Position numbers and translations under genes: made by a program
Assembly: GCA_014381985.1 (NCBI GenBank)
Contig: JACNKP010000037.1
Span: forward strand, 51,604-115,603
Origin: SAR92 clade bacterium
Lineage (GTDB): Bacteria; Pseudomonadota; Gammaproteobacteria; Pseudomonadales; Porticoccaceae
Direction: 5' to 3'
DNA length: 64,000 nt
Shown: positions 59,879 through 64,000 of the stretch, piece by piece
Layout: each line of letters starts with the position of its first letter
Position numbering within the stretch: the stretch's first letter is position 1
The notes under the pieces: model-generated
The model's database searches: none
What the model saw: the letters and a program-made list of their open reading frames with translations, nothing else
What the model was told of the DNA's origin: nothing

Positions 59879-61798
59879 TTGAACGATCTGGCAAAGAATT
59901 TAATTGTATGGCTGATTTTAGCAGCCATATTAATGTCTGTATTTAATAGCTTTTCACCCAAGCCTGAAGATAACAGTATCGACTACTCGGCCTTTGTTAG
60001 CGAGGTCAGAAATGATCGTGTTAGTGAGGTTGTGATCGCGGACCTAATTATTTATGGTGAGCGAAATGACGGATCGAAATTCAAATCAATCCGCCCAAAC
60101 ATTCAAGACCCCAAATTAATGGATGACCTCGTTAATCACAATGTCAAAGTGGCTGGCAAGGAACGAGAAGAACCAAGCCTGATTTCTCAATTGTTTGTCG
60201 CAGCTTTCCCTATTCTATTAATTTTAGGCATCTTCGTATTTTTCATGCGCCAAATGCAGGGTGGGGGCGGCGGTAAAGGTGGCCCAATGAGCTTTGGCAA
60301 AAGTAAAGCTAAGTTGTTGACGGGGGATCAGATTAACACCACATTTGCTGACGTTGCAGGTGTAGATGAGGCAAAAGAAGATGTCGCTGAGTTGGTTGAA
60401 TTTTTAAGTGAACCGAGTAAATTCCAGCGTCTTGGCGGCCGTATTCCTAAGGGTGTGCTGATGGTTGGTCCTCCAGGCACAGGTAAAACGTTGCTTGCTA
60501 AGGCCATTTCAGGCGAGGCTAAGGTGCCATTCTTTTCTATCTCTGGCTCAGATTTTGTCGAAATGTTTGTCGGCGTAGGTGCTTCGCGAGTTCGTGATAT
60601 GTTTGAGCAAGCAAAGAAACAAGCGCCTTGTATTATTTTTATCGATGAGATTGATGCTGTGGGCCGTCATCGTGGCGGTGGCCATGGTGGTGGTAATGAC
60701 GAGCGAGAGCAAACATTAAACCAACTGCTGGTTGAGATGGACGGTTTTGAAGGTAACGAGGGCGTGATCGTTATAGCCGCTACTAACCGACCTGATGTTT
60801 TGGATAAGGCGCTATTGCGGCCTGGTCGATTTGATCGGCAAGTTTATGTCAGCTTGCCTGATATTCGTGGTCGTGAACAAATTCTTAAAGTTCATGCTCG
60901 CAAGGTACCTCTTGAAGACACAGTAGATTTATCAATTTTAGCACGTGGGACGCCTGGTTTCTCTGGTGCTGATTTAGCCAATTTGGTCAATGAGGCAGCC
61001 TTATTCTCAGCGCGAGGTGATCGTCGCGTGGTGACTATGGAAGAATTTGAAAAAGCACGAGATAAGATCATGATGGGTGCTGAACGCCGTTCCATGGTGA
61101 TGTCTGAGAAAGAAAAAACTAATACGGCCTATCATGAAGCGGGACACGCCATTATTGGGCGGTTAGTGCCAGAGCATGATCCGGTGCACAAGGTTACTAT
61201 TATCCCTCGTGGTCGTGCCCTAGGGGTCACCCAGTACTTGCCGGAAGAAGATCGTTACAGCATGAATCGACGGCAACTCTTCAGTCAACTTTGCAGTTTG
61301 TTTGGCGGTCGTATTGCAGAGGAACTGATCGGTGGCTTTGACGGCGTTACTACTGGCGCATCGAATGATATAGAGCGTGCCACTCAAATGGCGCGCAATA
61401 TGGTTACTAAATGGGGTCTTAATGAAAAAATGGGTCCGATTTTATATGGTGAAGACGACTCCCAGGTACCCGGTAGTGGGAATGCTCATTATTCTGAGGA
61501 TACCTCTCGAGAGATCGATCAGGAGGTCAAGCTAATATTGACCGAGGCCTATGCCAAAGCTACAAAATTGCTTGAAGAGCATCGCGATGTCCTTGAGGCG
61601 ATGAAAGATGCGTTGATGGAATATGAAACTATCGATGCTGATCAGGTGGATGATCTCATGAACCGTCGACAAGTTCGTCGTCCACGAGATTGGGATAAAA
61701 AGGACTCTGATAATCATTCCGATGGTAATGCTGAGGATGGGGCAAAGAGTTCAGCCGAGGAGGACTCTCCTATTGGCGGGCCTGTTGAGGACGCTTAA
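59879..61798 (+). CDS. ftsH: ATP-dependent zinc metalloprotease FtsH
   Basis: Two TM helices, AAA+ Walker A GPPGTGKT and the zinc site HEAGH. TTG start. Confidence 0.96.
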   Translation: MNDLAKNLIVWLILAAILMSVFNSFSPKPEDNSIDYSAFVSEVRNDRVSEVVIADLIIYGERNDGSKFKSIRPNIQDPKLMDDLVNHNVKVAGKEREEPSLISQLFVAAFPILLILGIFVFFMRQMQGGGGGKGGPMSFGKSKAKLLTGDQINTTFADVAGVDEAKEDVAELVEFLSEPSKFQRLGGRIPKGVLMVGPPGTGKTLLAKAISGEAKVPFFSISGSDFVEMFVGVGASRVRDMFEQAKKQAPCIIFIDEIDAVGRHRGGGHGGGNDEREQTLNQLLVEMDGFEGNEGVIVIAATNRPDVLDKALLRPGRFDRQVYVSLPDIRGREQILKVHARKVPLEDTVDLSILARGTPGFSGADLANLVNEAALFSARGDRRVVTMEEFEKARDKIMMGAERRSMVMSEKEKTNTAYHEAGHAIIGRLVPEHDPVHKVTIIPRGRALGVTQYLPEEDRYSMNRRQLFSQLCSLFGGRIAEELIGGFDGVTTGASNDIERATQMARNMVTKWGLNEKMGPILYGEDDSQVPGSGNAHYSEDTSREIDQEVKLILTEAYAKATKLLEEHRDVLEAMKDALMEYETIDADQVDDLMNRRQVRRPRDWDKKDSDNHSDGNAEDGAKSSAEEDSPIGGPVEDA

Positions 61799-61814
61799 TT
61801 ATCATAGATTAGTA

Positions 61815-61852
61815 AAAACCCTGAGCGTTCTTTTTGGTCTCAGGGTTTTTTG
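61815..61852 (+). terminator. Rho-independent terminator after ftsH
   Basis: Stem CCCTGAG/CTCAGGG followed by TTTTTTG. Confidence 0.75.
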
Positions 61853-61870
61853 TTTTAAGAGGAAACAAAT

Positions 61871-62734
61871 TTGCCGGACTTGAGATTGCAGTGCAGAGAT
61901 AAGGTGTTGGACCTGTCGTGCCCGGCGATCATGGGTATCGTTAATCTGACACCTGACTCTTTTTCTGATGGTGGCCAACTTTATACAGGTAATAGGTTAA
62001 ACCAGAGTAAAACGCTGTCTGCGATTGAAAAGATGTTGAATGATGGCGCCGATATCATTGATTTGGGTGGAGAATCAACGCGACCAGGGGCGGCTGAAGT
62101 ATCAGATCAACAAGAACTTGAACGTGTCCTGCCAATACTTGAGTTAGTCTTAGACCGTTTTGATGCATTAGTGTCAGTAGATACCAGCACAGCTATAGTG
62201 ATTAGAGAAGCGTCAGTTAAAGGAGCTCACCTAATTAACGATGTGCGCGCCTTGACTCGTGATGACGCATTAGAAGCCGCCGCCCAATCTGGATTGCCTG
62301 TCTGCTTGATGCACATGCAGAATCAACCACAGACCATGCAAATTGAACCGGTTTACCAAGACGTAGCGGCTGAAGTTATTGCTTTTTTGATGACTCGCAA
62401 ACAGGATTGTATCGATGCTGGTATAGCGGCAGAGCAAATAGTACTTGATCCTGGATTTGGATTTGGCAAGAGCTTGACTCATAATCTCACTTTGTTTAAC
62501 GCAATTGATCAGTTTGTTGCTAGTGGTCATCCAGTATTAGTGGGGGTATCGCGAAAAGCAATGATTGGTCAGATACTCGGAATAGAGCAAACTGACCAGC
62601 GCGTAATTGGCAGTGTGATGATGGCGGTGTTGGCGGCTCAGCGTGGTGCTACGATTTTGCGAGTACATGATGTACTTGAAACTAGGCAAGCCATCGATAT
62701 ATGGCGCGCTATAACGATTAAGGAAGAAGACTAA
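61871..62734 (+). CDS. folP: Dihydropteroate synthase
   Basis: IMGIVNLTPDSFSDGG and DIGGESTRPG motifs. TTG start; the exact start is uncertain. Confidence 0.92.
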   Translation: MPDLRLQCRDKVLDLSCPAIMGIVNLTPDSFSDGGQLYTGNRLNQSKTLSAIEKMLNDGADIIDLGGESTRPGAAEVSDQQELERVLPILELVLDRFDALVSVDTSTAIVIREASVKGAHLINDVRALTRDDALEAAAQSGLPVCLMHMQNQPQTMQIEPVYQDVAAEVIAFLMTRKQDCIDAGIAAEQIVLDPGFGFGKSLTHNLTLFNAIDQFVASGHPVLVGVSRKAMIGQILGIEQTDQRVIGSVMMAVLAAQRGATILRVHDVLETRQAIDIWRAITIKEED

Positions 62735-62737
62735 ACT

Positions 62738-64000
62738 ATGGGCAAAAAATATTTTGGTACAGATGGTATTCGAGGCACGGTTGGTGAGCATCCGATTACT
62801 GCAGATTTTATGCTTAAACTTGGTTGGGCAGCCGGCAAGGTTTTAACTCGGCACACAAAGGTTAAAAATCGAGTGTTGATCGGGAAAGACACTCGCGTAT
62901 CTGGTTATATGTTCGAGTCTGCTCTTGAGGCGGGTTTGATTGCTGCGGGCGTTAATGTCGATATGCTTGGACCAATGCCGACCCCCGCAATTGCCTACTT
63001 AACGCGCGCATTTCGAGCATCTGCAGGCATTGTTATTAGTGCATCCCATAATCCGGTAGGGGATAACGGAATAAAGTTTTTTTCCGCCGACGGCTACAAG
63101 TTGCCGGATGAAATAGAATTAGAAATTGAATCCTTGATGGATCAGCCGTTAGTGACTAACGGCTCCTTCAGTCTTGGTAAAGCACGCCGAATTGATGATG
63201 CTACTGGTCGTTATGTGGAGTTTTGCAAGGGATCGTTGCCAGCAGGGTATAGTTTGGCTGGGTTGAAAATAGTACTAGATTGCGCCAATGGCGCAACCTA
63301 TAACGCGGCGCCTAAGGTTTTTAAAGAGCTTGGAGCTCAGGTAATTACCATGGCTAATACGCCAAATGGTTTTAATATTAATGAGCAATGCGGATCAACT
63401 CATATGGATGCAGTTCGCGCCAGGGTGGTTGAGGAAAAGGCAGATCTTGGCATCGCATTGGATGGAGATGGCGATAGGGTTTTGCTAGTTGACGCTAATG
63501 GTGAAATCGTCGATGGCGATGAGATTGTTTATATTATTGCCCGATATCGTCAACAGACCGGCCAGGGTTGCAATGGAGTGGCTGGAACCCAGATGAGCAA
63601 CCTTGGATTGGAGATTGCATTGCGAGACCTAGGTATTCCTTTTCAGCGCACTAAAGTGGGTGATCGTTACGTTGTCGAAGCTTTAAAAGAAAATGGTTGG
63701 ATCTTAGGCGGTGAGGCCTCAGGCCATATTCTTTGCAGCGACCTCAATACCACTGGTGATGGCCTTGTGAGTGCGCTTCAAGTGATTCTTGCCTTGCGTG
63801 AGAGCGGCATACCTCTTTCAGAGCTTAAAGCGGGAATGCAAAAACTTCCCCAGACTATGATTAATGTGCGGCTGTCGGAGAAGGTCGCTATTGACGATAA
63901 CAAAGCTATTAATTCGGCAGTAGCTGCGGCTGAGAAGGAGTTGGGCGACCGAGGCCGCGTGTTGTTGCGGCCATCGGGGACAGAGCCTTTGATTCGAGTT
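62738..64000 (+). CDS. glmM: Phosphoglucosamine mutase (3' partial; absent from the ORF track because no stop lies within the window)
   Basis: My own translation gives [13 protein letters not shown]..., the active site [10 protein letters not shown], and [11 protein letters not shown] at the window edge. The frame is open for 421 codons. Confidence 0.93.
   Translation, partial: MGKKYFGTDGIRGTVGEHPITADFMLKLGWAAGKVLTRHTKVKNRVLIGKDTRVSGYMFESALEAGLIAAGVNVDMLGPMPTPAIAYLTRAFRASAGIVISASHNPVGDNGIKFFSADGYKLPDEIELEIESLMDQPLVTNGSFSLGKARRIDDATGRYVEFCKGSLPAGYSLAGLKIVLDCANGATYNAAPKVFKELGAQVITMANTPNGFNINEQCGSTHMDAVRARVVEEKADLGIALDGDGDRVLLVDANGEIVDGDEIVYIIARYRQQTGQGCNGVAGTQMSNLGLEIALRDLGIPFQRTKVGDRYVVEALKENGWILGGEASGHILCSDLNTTGDGLVSALQVILALRESGIPLSELKAGMQKLPQTMINVRLSEKVAIDDNKAINSAVAAAEKELGDRGRVLLRPSGTEPLIRV

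Overview
This window is mostly housekeeping chromosomal DNA from a gammaproteobacterium. I cannot name the organism. Gene order parallels well-known E. coli and Pseudomonas neighbourhoods. In window order: radA (5' partial); a cobalamin riboswitch driving btuB-cobO-btuCDF; amtB; ettA; two further ABC genes; a bactofilin; azlCD; an acyl-CoA dehydrogenase; gatCAB followed by six tightly packed accessory genes; mreBCD-maf-rng-yhdP; mgtE; npr-rapZ-ptsN-hpf-rpoN-lptBAC-kdsCD-yrbG; mlaC-ibaG-murA-hisGDC-algW/degS; and yhbY, rlmE-ftsH-folP-glmM (3' partial, missing from the ORF track). I found no rRNA, tRNA, CRISPR array, transposase, integrase, prophage or recognisable defence genes. I see no convincing large novel system, and the findings are modest. 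They include: (1) three paralogous small glycine-rich membrane proteins of a family I do not recognise, each with its own Shine-Dalgarno (SD) site, in AT-rich spacers between ettA and a saccharopine-dehydrogenase-family gene; (2) a membrane protein with a threefold internal [DN]-[ST]-x-x-W-x7-E-x-[EDN] repeat; (3) an orphan mlaC where mlaFEDCB normally sits; (4) a 51-aa four-Cys ORF missing from the track, inside a six-gene string packed behind gatCAB; (5) a near-consensus NtrC-type dyad lying unusually in the amtB leader; (6) a bactofilin paired with a methyltransferase-like protein that has a degenerate SAM motif. All functional calls rest on motif and family recognition by eye. No database search was run.
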